Source: Bugula neritina (Eukaryota; Animalia; Bryozoa). From it: a stretch of 64,000 nucleotides of DNA. Below, piece by piece: positions 24,401 through 38,179 of this stretch. The DNA lies in contig OZ037766.1 of the NCBI GenBank assembly GCA_964035545.1, positions 27,573,673-27,637,672 of the forward strand, given 5' to 3'. The position numbers were made by a program, and so were the translations under genes. Below the pieces are notes generated by a model. That model ran no database searches, had not been told where the DNA came from, and saw nothing but the letters and a program-made list of their open reading frames with translations. Every line of letters begins with the position of its first letter. Position 1 is the stretch's first letter.

Positions 24401-27121
24401 ACCGTCTCTGCACCGTATCCTTGCTGTTCTCCAACCTAGCTGACAGATCCCTAGTTACTGAGACGTCTTGCTCTAAGTGATACCTACAAGACAGCACACG
24501 TGTCAGGCACCGGCATTGATGACTGCATAAAAACAGCCAATCAGGTACTTGCTAACAAAACGACCTGTGGTCAAAGTAGCCTATCACAACAACCATCATT
24601 TCTTCAGTGCATTTGAGATAGCTTTAGTCTGTCAATTCTGTGTTACTGACAAAAAATCCGGCCACATGTTTAGCAACAGTGTTATATTATTTAACAGCCA
24701 ATCATGTGTTTGGTAACAAGCTGTGCTGATATCTATCCTATCACAGATGAGAATAATGTGCCAATCATAAGCAGACATTACATATGAGTCAGCCCATGTA
24801 TGTGTGTCTCACACCAAATAGTTGTAAAGAAGGATGATAAATGTCACGAGACTATTCACTTACTTCTGTCCCTCCAGCTCTTGAATTTTGTCTTCCAAGT
24901 TATTGTGTATTCTGTTCTGATTGGCTATCTGGCCTTCCAATGACTGGTGAGATATTTGAGTCTATAAAATAACATTTGCCAAGTCACTGTTCAATACGTT
25001 ATATGGATAAATAAAGGGTTACGGTGAATTAGAGACAGAGTGAATGAATACATCAGAACCACTAAAAATTATCTAGTGCATCACATGTTCTAACTATCAT
25101 GTTAATATCTAACAGCCCATGGTAAACAGTAATTATCTCCACATGTACTTTTCCTTATCATTCAACTCTTTCTCACTCTCATCTGTATTAAAATCTGTAA
25201 GCTACATCTAAATATTTGTTACCATTCTATACGTGTCTCTCCATGGTCTGCAATTGTTATCCTACATTAGACCAGTATCAATGACATCTACACGTTACTT
25301 ACCTGCTGTAATTCTCTCTCAATGACCTCTACTTGCTCCTGCAGTCTGCGTATTTGGTGTTCCTTAGTCTGCAGGTCTCGCCTCATGCTGTGTGACTCAG
25401 TTTCCAGTTGACTAGTCTGTGCCGTGAACCTCTCGGCTTCAAGAGATAGTAATCTGTATTGCTCCAGCAGTTGGGTGCGCTCTTCTTCCTTTGGAAGGTT
25501 ACATAGGAACTTGTTAAACACACTATGAACCACAGTAAGAAGGAAACCCATGACAATAGGCACTAAACAACCATAAACACACAGTATTCAGAAACTAAAA
25601 TTCACACAATGAATAAAACAACAACCAATGAGATATCAGTGAAATATATGAATGAGAGAGAGAGAGAGGGGGGGGGGAGGGTTGATCAGTTAAAGTAGAA
25701 AATGTTGAGACAAGGTAGCTAAAGTAGGAGTAGATAAGATAGAAATGACTAAACTAGAATGACCAACTTAGTGAAACAGTTAAATTAGAATGAGTCCCAA
25801 ACAAAGTAGCTAAAGCAAAGTTACCAAAAGTGAGAACGGTTTAAGTATGAAGATTGTAGTGAGAAAACATAGTGGCTACCTTTTGGGCCAATACATCTTC
25901 TACCCTCTTCACTTCCCCGATATAATCTTGCACTTGATCAGAAAGTTCCGCCCGCTCGTCTATCAACTCTTTGATGTCTTTGTTTAGCCTTTGGGTCTCG
26001 GCAGTCATATTTGTCAGGTCATCTTCTAGCAGGCGGTTTTCCCTGTCAGCAATAAACAAGACGAACATAACCCACTCTACACACAACTAACTGCGTACCG
26101 TCTCAACATGCTACGGTATAAGATATAACATCATGGGCTACTGGAAACTTTCTCCAGATAAAACTCACCGAATGTGATCATCTCTAGTCTGAACAACCTC
26201 AGCCATTTCCTTGTGTACACTTTCAACTTGCTTTCTCAGACTATGTATCTCTCGGTCTTTCAGTTTGATGGTGTCCTCACTATGATCCAACTAAACATAG
26301 AAATATACTTCTATAGTCATCAACAAATTTTACAAAATCTATCAATGAGTTGTAAAACAGGAAGTAATGCAGCCCTCGACGTATGCATTCAGATACATTT
26401 ATAAATCTACAAAACTAAGTTTAAATACACCGTGCTGTAACGTGTTTGTAATATATTCACAAATCCACACGTCCACTTATGGCAAGGTTTCACTTTCAGG
26501 TGTGAAGTACCTGTCGGGCAACATCTCTGTTGTTACGAAGAAGCTGATTGGCTTTCTCCTCTTGGTTGGCACACTCCTGGTCTAGACGAGCACAACGCTC
26601 GGTCTTGTCGTCCAGTATTGACTGGAGGTTGTCTTTCTCTCTGTCCATTGCCGCCACTGTGTTACGTAGCTGTGATATCTGTGAGAACAAGCAGAGCAGA
26701 GTAACAGACCTACTTCCTGGTGCAGAACCAACACAGAATAATTACTACTCACTACAGCAAACAGAGCAGTAATCAAGATACATAAGAAGCTCCCAACTAT
26801 GCAGAAGAATGGAATAACAATTAGCAGCAAAACATGAAGTTATTCAGAGACTGTGAATTAAGAAATCTATATTCTGATGTCAAAGACATTGATATGAAAC
26901 AAAAAGTATCTGTTCAAGATTTTTCATTTTCACAACCATATTTTCAATACTCATGTCCAATATTCAACAACTTTTCATCTGATTAAATGTAAAAGAAATT
27001 ATTGACAAATTTCAATAATTATATTTGATATATGCTGTTATAATTGCTCACAAATGATGGATAAATAGATAAAACAGAGCTACATCTAGTAACATAGAAC
27101 ATAGTTCAAGGTCATGCAGGT

Positions 27122-27153
<32 letters not shown>

Positions 27154-30100
27154 AAGGAACTTACTTCACTACGCAGAGTGCTGGACACTTTCTCTGCCCC
27201 TTCCAGTCTTCCCTCCAGATCCTGACACCGGTTAGTCATGCACTGAAGTTCGTCTTCCTTTATACCCAGTCTCTGATGGTTCTCCCGCAGTGATTTGTCT
27301 CCTTGGTCTGCCAGCATTCTAAGCACACATCTTATTGGTCAAATAATTCCAAGCACACATCTTATTGGTCAAATAATTCCAAGCACACATCTTATTGGTT
27401 AAGTAACTGTAACTCTATGCTGTAGATGGCTAGATGCTAGCATTACATGTGATAAATACAACATGGCTTCAGCATTTCCAGTAGTTGAAGTATTTATTGT
27501 AATATGTACAGGTTTTATTGCAATTTGAGTTTCTTTCATTTAAAAATCCAATAAAAAGTAGTAGTTTTATAAATAGTATTATCTGAAGTAATTAATCATA
27601 CAAAATATAGCGATAAAGTTAGATAGGACAGTACAGTATAGCATAATGTGGCATAGTATAATATAGTATAGAATAGTATAGTATAGTACAGTACAGTATA
27701 CAGTGATAATATGTACTATAATAGTGTAGTATAGCATAGGGTGATGATGTCAGCATACCTAAGTTGACTGTGCTGCTGTTTCAGCTGCTGGTAGTCACCA
27801 AACACTTCATTACATCTACCAGACTGAACTCTGACCTCTTCTTCCAGCTGTGTAACCTTTGACCTCATGTCTTCCAGCTATTCAACATGGAATTGTAGGT
27901 TAACACGGTGTGTACTGTACACTACACAGTAAGCACTACATACTACACGCTACACCCCATATACTACAAAATATACAGCACACACTCCAAAGCACACATG
28001 ACACAGTCGCATACATGACTCAGAGAGCACCTGCACCCACCTGAGCCTCCACCTCACTCCGCTCACTGTTAACACGCCTCAGTCGGCTGTGAAGCTCTTC
28101 TATTTTATCGTCGCTGGCCACTCTTTCATTAATCTGAGTTTCCGTGGCAACCTGCAGACGTTCTCTAAGAGTATCTCGCTCAATAGTCGTCTGTCGTAGG
28201 TCTGCCAAGGCATCTTCCCTTTCCTAAGGCACAAGAATATAACATAGTAACACACACTGCATACAGTTTCTCTCTTCACTAAACACACTGTATACATATA
28301 CTAAACATGTACACCTGTTACTACAAAGTCACTTACCATCTCCACTTGTTTGAGGACTCGCTGAGCGGCGAGTGACGGAGTAGCAGCAGTTGATGACCTC
28401 ATCAGTTGCTGCCGGACTCTCTGCAGTTCCTCTCTGATGTCTGCGTTAGTCTCCTGTAGGCGATCTCTCTCGGCCGTCACCACTCGCACATCACTTTGAG
28501 TCTACAAAACAGGCCGAGTATAAGAACACAAGCTGAGTATAAAAACACGGACACGTGTTCAGCACAGAATGGGGTGTATGATGTCACATCCTGTCTACCC
28601 ACCTCAGACAGCTGAGTCTCAAACTTGTCAACAAGTGACTGCAAGTGATCTCGGTCTGAAATAACACGAGTGAGTTTACTACTGCCCTCTGGTGAATCTT
28701 TCAGTTTCCTTCCTGTTGGAGTAGCGGATGATTTCATAGGACTTGTCTGAGATTTCTGCAAGAGATTACTGAATACAGCAGGTAGTAACTGAAGACGCAG
28801 CATAGTCTTGCCCAAACTTCTTGTGAGAATGATGATAACCATTGAAAAATAAATGCCATCTTTTTTATTTTAAAAATGACGGAATTTATTCGAGGCAAAG
28901 GATGTGTAAAAGTAATATTTGGCAAGCGACCAATGAGCAGCTCCGTTACAAGAACTGACACCACTAACTACGGCCAATCATGATAGCTCACCAAACGCAA
29001 ATACTCCTCTTTATAGAAATCTCTCTCCTCATTGGCTACTTGCACCGCTGACTCCAGCCTGCCTGCTGACTTGGTACGACTTTTAACCGGACTCCGGGAG
29101 GGTGATCTGGCAGCCCTAGGAGACGCCTTATTGTTCTTCACAGGTGAGACATTCGGTGTCTTAACTAAACCTCCACCCACTCCCTTGTACCTGCAGTATA
29201 ATAAGCATAGACTATTCCTCATTACACTGAATACATCACCAGTCATGTGACATTGACCTGTCTATGCAGCGCCCTAATACCCGAAATAAGGGCGGCAAAT
29301 AGACATCATTGCTAGGCTACTAACATGCCTATAGTATGCTACGGTATATCCTAGACAACATTATGACGGCATGCAGAGGACGAACAGACAGAACTCACGT
29401 CATCACTTCCTGTAACCGCTCCACTTCCGCCTTCCAATAGTCTCTCTCCTGCTCCAAGTTCTTTATTAGCTGGTCGAACCTGTTGGGAGATCTGTTTCTG
29501 AGACGGGCTGCCTGGATAGCCGGCCCCTTCTTGCTGCGTTTGTATTTATCTAGTTCCGTCACCAACTCCTTTTCTGGAATATGGAAGATGAGATGCACCA
29601 CAACTGCAGATGCATTGAGCTTCATGCAATACATCAGCACAGCTGTTAGCGAACTCAATATCTCGACTCACCAGTCTGTACGAGACGGTTGACCCTCACC
29701 CCCAACTTCCTCTTATCCTGCTGCACCTTATCCACTAAGTTCTCCAGCCGCTCAAAGTCAGCTGCTCTGCATCTCAAATCAGCTGTAAAAGAAAGACTCA
29801 CTCTTTACAATCTCTACCGGGAGTTCCTTGGCCTAGACTACCTACTAGAAACATTCCTACATCATCTATACTCCACCCTAAGTGAGCTCACACAGTGTAG
29901 CCTGAGAGTAAACAGTGTAGCCTGAGAGCAGAGAGTGTAGCCTGAGCTCACACAGTGTAGTCTGAGAGCATACAGTGTAGTCTGAGAGCATACAGTGTAG
30001 ACTGAGAGCCATGCGCTCACCTGATAGCTTGTGATTCTCTTCTTCCACTCTGTCACACTGTGATCTTAATTTAGATAGTTCTAAGTCTAACTTCTCGATC

Positions 30101-33100
30101 TCTTTATTACTTTTACTAAGTTCTAGCTTAGCTTCTGCCATTTCCTTGTCCGCCACCTGCACACACATGTTACAAGGTACGTATTCTGTATACTTCACTG
30201 CAGATCATTCCAGCACAACTCTGCTAATCTCAACTAATGCAACGGCAGTTTAAGGCAAGGTATTGTAGAGTAACAAGGTTTTACTATAACTACATACGCT
30301 AAGACTTTAAAGCTTCTAACTAGTTTAAGCATGAATTGTTACACTGGCATCAAAAGGACAGCTAATATATTAATATTGTGGTCTTTGAAAAAGTTTTAAA
30401 TTTATTGAAACAGTTTTACTCTACACACACGTAATGGAAACGTATGCTGTGCTTTCTACAGTAAATATTCAGCCAAGATGATGAAATAATCAACATGGAA
30501 GCTGCAAGCAACTCTTACATACATCAATGACGGCATCTTTGTCGTTCTTGAGACGTCGAGCGGTTCTGTCAGCATCTTTCAAGGTCATTTCAAGGTTAGA
30601 CTTCTCAAGGTCGGCAGAAACAGCCAATTGCCTGGCATTAGCTTCACCAACCCTCGACTCGCCCAGTTTTCTTTCCAACTCCTTGTTCTTTTGTTGGAGG
30701 TAGTCAATCTAGGACAGTTGATTGGTCTAGCTAGTACCCTCATGTACCGGAGTTACATAATAGTTACGGAGGGTAGGCATAAGTATTGAGTAAGCACAAA
30801 TGGTTTTTAATCATCTATACTTAATACAGCCTAGATGAGTGTATTTTAAAAACAAGTAAATAATGATATCAAAAGAAGTACTTTTGTTTAGAGTAAACCT
30901 CCTAAAAACCTAAATTTATAAAAAGTTACTAAAAGGTTCAACGATTTTCAAACTGCAATTTATTCTTCTGTGTGAGCACACAATAGCGTATTTAAATTAT
31001 ACATTAATAACTGTTTTATGTTTTCCTAATTCAGTAACACATGACAATATTCTATTAGTTTAACCTGAATGTTACTACAAAGATGAAATTGTTTTACAAA
31101 TAAATGCTGCATATTTCTAACTCTGTAGAACTACAGCATCTACAATCTACATGCTATAACAACTATATAACATGAAATGTCTCACCTGTATGTTAAGGTG
31201 GGAGATGAGTTTCTCATTGCTTCTGTTCCTAGCCTCAAGAGCAACTACATCATAGGGGCGGCCACCATCCAGTACCCGACCCAGCCTCTCAATCTCTGCA
31301 TCTCGGGCTTCAACCTGAGACAGGAATACCATTATTATTATGAGTATTGATAAAATTATATGCAATACAAGTCTATTATACTTTTACAGTTAATGCTGTT
31401 CTTATGATTACATGTCAACTAGAGGAAAATCTACAAATCCTTCCATAAAACAACTAACAGAAGTATATTGTCCATTCATTGTACTATACAACGTGTTCGG
31501 AAATTGTTATACTGCTGCAATTAACCAACTCTGATATTTTATATTATATGAAATAAAACCATTTTTTAATAGAAGCTTTGCAGCCCTAGAGTGACTACAT
31601 GAATGCTCTATCAGCACCGTAAACCAACGGTTGGAGGGGATAAGGGTTGATGGTGTGTTGATGGCTATATTTATTATCAGAAATGCGTAACAAGGAAACA
31701 AAAGTCTCTTTTTAACACAGATTTGCATTGCTTTACCCTCAAGTTGAAACCACCAAAACTTACAAAATATTAGCATGATAAATTCTCAGTGAGAAATACG
31801 CAAGATTAGACTGAGAAACCTACCCGACATAAGCTATGAGACCGGGAACCCATGCTACTTCCTGTACAGTGCGAGCACGCAGTGTTCAGCGGCACACGAA
31901 ACACACTTAAAACGCCGGTATAGCGGTATTAATAAAATACTATCATAGTGTAGTAGTAAACTATAGAATGGAATGTTGTAGTAAAACTTATACAATATGC
32001 TAAATGTAAACTATGCCTTCAAATAATGAATCAGCCAATCAGCATTCAGTATCCATGGCAACTGTAAACATTTTCATTAACAATTGTTTGCCAAGTCAAT
32101 AAGGGGTGACTAAATGGACGTTAGTTAATTGAATAATGCATTGATAAGTTTTGCCTGTTGAATATTGTGTATTGTGTACAGTAACAATCTACTGTTTACA
32201 TTCGAGTCAGCATTTGCTCAATGCTGCTGCTACACCTGTGTCTGTTGTTGGCTATATACAAAGTAAGTTGAGCAAAATAACAACACAGACTTCCCTCCCT
32301 TGCTATATATGAATGATGCATATAGATTGTTTATTCTAGCCACAAGAATTCATATGCAAACACATTCATGTATTGTTGAACATTTTTTGTATAATTTCTC
32401 TGGCAACGTAACTGCATAGCAAAATATGAAAAAAGGTCATCTCAATCTGTTCTTATGTTGAAAATGGTCAACCAGCAATAGAATTTTTTCTTTAGTATCT
32501 TAGTATCAGAAGAAAATAAGGAGTATATTTTATTGTTATAACAACTTACGCAAACTTTTTATATTCAACATTACCCTAATTTTAGAATTCATACAGTTGT
32601 TTTATTCAAATGCATTGCATTAGCAAGAGCACAGCTTCCTGGCTTTTTCTGCTGCACATTATGAATTATGTTATGCTAGTTCTCTAACCGCTACACCACA
32701 CCTGCATTACAGTCTATGCATCCCCTCCCCCCCCCCCCCCTCAGTAGACATGCATGCTATAAACACAGAGTCTATCTTAACTTATTTGTTGGATACAGTA
32801 CGAAACAACTTATCTGCCTAAGGAGTTTGATGTGTATAACTTGTACATAATAGGTAAACCTAACTCACTTGCCAGCAATACCTGGCCAAAGCTTACCTGT
32901 CTAGTTCAGGTAGACAGAGCTCACCTGTCTAGTGTAGGTGGAGAAAGCTTACCTGTCTACTGTAGGTAGACAGAGCTTACCTGTCTAGTGTAGGTGGACA
33001 AAGCTCACCTGTCTAGTTCAGGTAGACAGAGCTCACCTGTCTAGTTCAGGTAGACAGAGCTCACTTGTCTAGTTCAGGTGAACATAACTCACCTGCTAGC

Positions 33101-35934
33101 AATACCTGGCCAAAGCTCACCTGACTAGTGTAGGTGGACAGAGCTCACCTGTCTAGTGTAGGTGGACAGAGCTCACCTGTCTAGTGTAGGTGGACAGAGC
33201 TCACCTGTCTAGTGTAGGTGGACAGAGCTCACCTGTCTAGTGTAGGTGGACATAACTCACCTGTCTAGTGTAGGTGGACATAACTCACCTGTCTAGTGTA
33301 GGTAGACAGAGCTCACCTGTCTAGTGTAGGTAGACAGAGCTTACCTGTCTAGTGTAGGTGGACATAACTCACCTGTCTAGTGTAGGTAGACAGAGCTCAC
33401 CTGTCTAGTGTAGGTAGACAGAGCTCACCTGTCTAGTGTAGGTGGACATAACTTACCTGTCTAGTGTAGGTAGACAGAGCTTACCTGTCTAGTGTAGGTA
33501 GACATCTTCCCTTCCAGAGCCACGTTCCGGTCTCTGGTCAGCTCCAGCTGCTGCTCCAACTCGGCTATGCGGCTGTCGGCTACTTTCAGCAAGTCAGCAA
33601 CAAACGGGTCATCTCTCGGCGGTATACTCGGCAGTGTGCTCGCCTCGCTGACAGGAAGCGTGGAGTCCAACAGCAACCTCTGTCTCCTGAAGGGAACGTG
33701 CTTTTTCTTACCTCCTGCAAAAAAAACATTTTATATTCATAAATTGCTATATTTTATACAGTATTACTATATTCTATACAATTTTACTATATTTTATACA
33801 GTGTTACTATGTATACAGTATTATTGAACTCTCTATGCAGGTTATATAAACACTGACGAGTATAATATAATTAAGTGAACACCCGAGAGAGTTTACAGCC
33901 CTGCAAAGCTACACTCTCACCAAATACTTTCCTTAACATAAAACAGATACTGAATATAAAAGTATAACATAATTCATGTGATGTGCCACCTCAAGGTGTC
34001 AGAGATTTGATAACTGCTATAAATTCTTTTATTGTGAAATTCATAACCATTCTTAAAGAGCTTTTACTATAATATAGTATAAAAAAGTTTTTCAATATTA
34101 TTTAAAGAAAAAGTTCTTAATACATTTACACTTACAATCGAAACATAAATTGAAATCAAGAGATAATAATTCCATGTTTTACACAGATTTCAAGCAAATA
34201 TTTTTGTAAATATAGCAATTAGCTTAGACTAATTTAATGTGTTCAAACTTAGATGTTCAGATCTCCGCTGCTATTAACTTGAAAGGGGAAGACAACTGAG
34301 AATGGAGGTGAACATCAGACTGAGCATATTGTTCTGAGTTGTACAATAACATGTAGGACACCTGGCAAACACCTGGGACACCCTGGTGTGTGAGGAAACA
34401 GGTAATACTGCATAGCAACCCTAACAGCTGGTGGTACAGAATAGCAGAGACTTTAAGGAGACCCAATAACAACTCAGGCAATGTATATCTACTCACCTGG
34501 AGTCTGTATAACGGCGTTGAAGTTTTTTTCCTGTAGTTTCAACATGTGATCTGACTTCTCATTGGACTGCCGCTCCATGGCTCTTATTTTATGCACATAC
34601 TGGTTGTTGAGAAACTTCAGGTCGTTGTTTTCATGTTCAAATTTTCTCACGGCAGCTTTGTACTCTAACAAATACAGTATTTACGAGATATCAAAAGTAG
34701 AACACATATATTTTAGACAGCGTTAAGAGTGTATCTATTTGGCGTTACTCTTGCATGCTGGTTTTCCTATCAAATTATTTAAAAATGAGAATAGTTTGAT
34801 GAAAGACTTTAACGACAAATGATAAAGTTGAATGCATTTAACTGACACAATCTACTATAAAATACACTTCTATATTAGATGTAACATAGTATTATGTGCA
34901 TAAAACCAGTATTGAAATAAAATAACAACCCAGAGTGCCTGTTAAATTGATGGTGTATTACCATTAGCGTTACTTAGTCAGTTATCTGTACTTCATATAT
35001 AAAAAATGAGGTGTTCATAAAAACCATTATGTATAATAACATCAGGAGTACAATAGTACATGGTGTTCACACAGAAGTATAGACTGCACAACGTCCTTTA
35101 AAAGCATTCAGATTTCTACCTTATAAAAACCCTTACATGTTGGACAGCAGCTATATCCTATGAATTAGTCACCACATTGCTGCTTAATTCAAGGCCATTT
35201 AAAGGTTGCAGTTTTACATACTACAACTAACTCAATATATTATTACACTAACTGTTACCCCTCTTCCCTGTTTTTAAAACATAATGATTATGTGCATAAC
35301 CCAAGTAACACAGCAGACCCTCACATTTACCAATATTACAGAGAACGTACCGGCAACCTTCCTATCTGCCTCTTCTTTGGCACGAATTAGCTGCATGTGA
35401 AGGTCATTGTTCTCCTTGACTAGGCGGCCATTGTCGTTCTACAGAATGCAATACTCAACGTGTCAAAATCCTCGAAAATATAGCAACTTTAAACATTAAA
35501 CACCCACTACCTCAGTCTACAACTAGCAAATAACACACAAGTGAGCACTTGATTTTCAGGAAAGCAGAGAAGTTCCGAGTTTTACCTTATAAGGCTCTAT
35601 CTGAGCATCAACGTCTGCTTTCTCTCTCGGGCTCTTAGCAGACGACAGCTTAGCGTTCTTCAGACTCTCTGTTGTGTGTAATAAGTCAGCAAATAACCTT
35701 TCGACTAGAGGCAGAGACTCAATACCTGAATAGACACAATAATAAGAGTTATCTGTCCGGTGACTGAACTAGGTACAGACATAATAGTAGGAGTTATCTG
35801 TCCGGTAACTGAGCTAGGTACAGACATAATAGTAGTCGTAGCACATAAACCAACAAACCTAATGGCTGCCTGTAGCCTAGCTGATCCAATCTTCTTCTCA
35901 CATTTGAAAACTTTTCCTGAACGTGAGCCGCCAT
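21408..35934 (-). CDS. CEP135: Centrosomal protein of 135 kDa (CEP135/Bld10), multi-exon coiled-coil protein
   Basis: N-terminus MAAHVQEKFSNVRRRLDQLGYRQPLGIESLPLVERLFADLLHTTESL is the CEP135 signature; also LKFLNNQYVHK, LQEKNFNAVIQTPGGKK, DPFVADLLKVADSRI, LDGGRPYDVVALEARNRSNEKLISHLNIQ, LTNERFEKEK. Exons include 35859-35934, 35586-35725, 35351-35438, 34497-34664, 33485-33714, 31186-31314, 30523-30708, 30021-30156, 29672-29782, 29399-29573, 28992-29190, roughly 13 further exons between ~28740 and ~23640 (not all boundaries resolved), then ~23267-23419, 22822-22921 and a probable last exon 21408-21467 (DLPPMELSRVNDHPSRTDN*; less certain). Confidence 0.95.
23849..23903. repeat. 18-bp tandem repeat (3 copies) next to a CEP135 donor
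   Basis: ccgctgtcaagttcaacc x3. Confidence 0.85.
27316..27400. repeat. 30-bp tandem repeat (3 copies) overlapping a CEP135 acceptor
   Basis: aagcacacatcttattggtcaaataattcc x3. Confidence 0.9.
29880..30010. repeat. 20-bp minisatellite (~6-7 copies) next to a CEP135 donor
   Basis: ctgagagcatacagtgtagt/c repeats. Confidence 0.9.
32862..33504. repeat. 28-bp minisatellite (~22 copies) made of a CEP135 exon end plus its 5' splice site
   Basis: + unit ctcacctgtctagtgtaggtggacagag; on - it reads TGTCTACCTACACTAGACAG|GTRAGCTC, matching the exon end at 33485-33504. Confidence 0.97.
35745..35835. repeat. 45-bp tandem duplication filling most of a 133-bp CEP135 intron
   Basis: gagttatctgtccggtgactgaactaggtacagacataatagtag x2. 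Confidence 0.9.
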
Positions 35935-37204
35935 TGTCAGTGTGTCTGTCTGTTTGTCAGCTAAATGGAAGGAGCAACTCCTGCCAGCAACAAAGTGGTC
36001 TTAAGTGAAACGCTGAGTAAAAAACTCAAGGCGCAGGTGACTAGAATTAGACCATATTTACATCAACGAGAAATTAATCGAAGAACCTGCATTACTAAAA
36101 TTTGGAAAAGTTCAGCCTAGTATCATCCAATTCAATTGTTGAGTTAACAATTGCTAAAGCATTATAGAACAGATAATTTATATTCCCCCTAATTTGAAAC
36201 TAATTGTGATACCAGTTTTATACAACTTTGTTTTATAGCAGATTGATTATCCCATATTACCTAAACGACAGTAGTTTTAGCTTATAATCCATAGACTTTT
36301 AAATAGCTATTAAAATTAGATTTTGAAAAAGTATCATCAGCAAAAAGGATTGACGAACTAAATAAAAAATAGAAGTGTTTGCATCTAAAAAATTTAATTT
36401 GATTTCGAGACAATTTTTATGTGCCAATTCAGCTGAGAGTGACAAGAAGACTCAACCAACGTAATTTAAAAATTGTATCTCATAATTTTATGAAACCGCC
36501 TACACTTCAACCTACACTTTCATAATCCAACAGAAAGCTAGCTCTACAAATACAAAGATGCTCAAAGAAAATCCAATTAAAAACTATTATTATAACACTG
36601 AAGTAGTACCAAGTACCAAGTTAGATGTTGCAATTTACTCAATAGTTATTCCACACTGAATGATAAATTTCATCCTATTACATTACCCTGAGTAGTTAGT
36701 CTTAAATAAAAGTGTACTTATGTTTAATAAAAGACTATTTATATTTAGTAGTTTAAGTTTACACTTGAAAATACTTGGTAACACATTAGAATCAAATTAT
36801 ACATAAATAATTCAAAAGATACCAAATAATATAATCACTGAATAAAAAAAAACATTGTTATAAAATTTTATAATAACAAATTTTACTTAAAATCAAGTAT
36901 TTTTATGTTTTAAAACTGTGATCAATATACATAATCTTCAAATTATTTTATGATAATTACTATCGCTAGTAAAAAATTTAACTTAATTTTGTTGGCTGAA
37001 GTGTAAGTTAACAGTCTTGCATTATCCATTCATATGATTTGAACGAAATAAAAACAATATATTATTATAGTTCATTGTATAAACTTTTACTCGATATCAA
37101 CTATAGATTTATGAAAAAATTTTTTATCAGTATTTAAAGAAAAAAAAACAGAATTGCAGGCCAAGAGTAAGAAAAAGACGATAGCTGTATGAAAAAATAG
37201 TAGA

Positions 37205-38145
37205 CTTATTAATAGTAATGGACATAGTGATAGTTATACTTATAGTAATACTAATAGTATTACTTATAACTCATACAGATACTCAATCACATAGTTATAA
37301 ATTATAGTGCTACTATTATTAACTACTGATTGTTTCTATCACTATTACTATTAGTAAATTACTATTAGTATTAGTATTACTATAACATTAACTATTAGAT
37401 TTAATATAAATATTAGTACTACTTAGAGTTAGTAACTTGTTATTACTAATTAGTAACACTAATTTAGTAATTAGTAACACTAATAGTAATAGTTATACTT
37501 ATGATTATAACAATACTAATAGTAGTACTAATAGTAACACTATTAGTATTACTAGTACTAGCAGTAGCATAACTGTGTCTATTACTAGTAGTATTGCAGT
37601 ACCGGTACGAGTATCACTATTACATTTACTACCAGTATCAGTATCAATATGACTGAGATTGAGTATCAGCATGAATATGGCTCATATGAATATGAGTATT
37701 AGTAAACCTATTACTTATTAGCTATTACAGTAATATTATTAGTATTACTATTAGATTCAGTATTAGTATTAGTATTACTCATTACTATTAGTATACGTAT
37801 TACTGCCAGTACCAGTATCAGTATGAGTATGACTATGAAATTACTCATTACTATGACTATGAGTATCACTATTGTCTATTAGTATTAGTATTCGTAAAGT
37901 ATTTACTTTTAGTTTTACTTTAGCTAGAAGTAGATGTAATACTAATAGTAATAGTGATAGAAATAGAGTTATTCTTATACTTATAGTTATTTACTTTTAA
38001 GTTTTAGCCATTAAATTTAATATTTATTATTATAATTATTAATATTACCATTAGATTAGTATTACTATTAGTATTAGTATTAGACTTAGTATTACTATTA
38101 CTATTAGTATTAGTATTAGTATCACTATTACTATTAGTAATAAAA
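37205..38145. repeat. Long (ANT)n / period-6 low-complexity tract in CEP135 intron 1
   Basis: agt att act att agt aat... triplet periodicity over ~940 bp; source of the spurious S/T/I/N-rich ORF 37437..37652. Confidence 0.9.
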
Positions 38146-38179
38146 GTAAAAACATCCAAGTTAATGTTATTTTACTTAC

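Noticed and set aside
32862-33504. CRISPR-like appearance of 28-bp partly palindromic repeats (also the 23-bp and 30-bp arrays)
   Set aside because: Units are head-to-tail with no unique spacers, there are no cas genes, and the context is eukaryotic introns.
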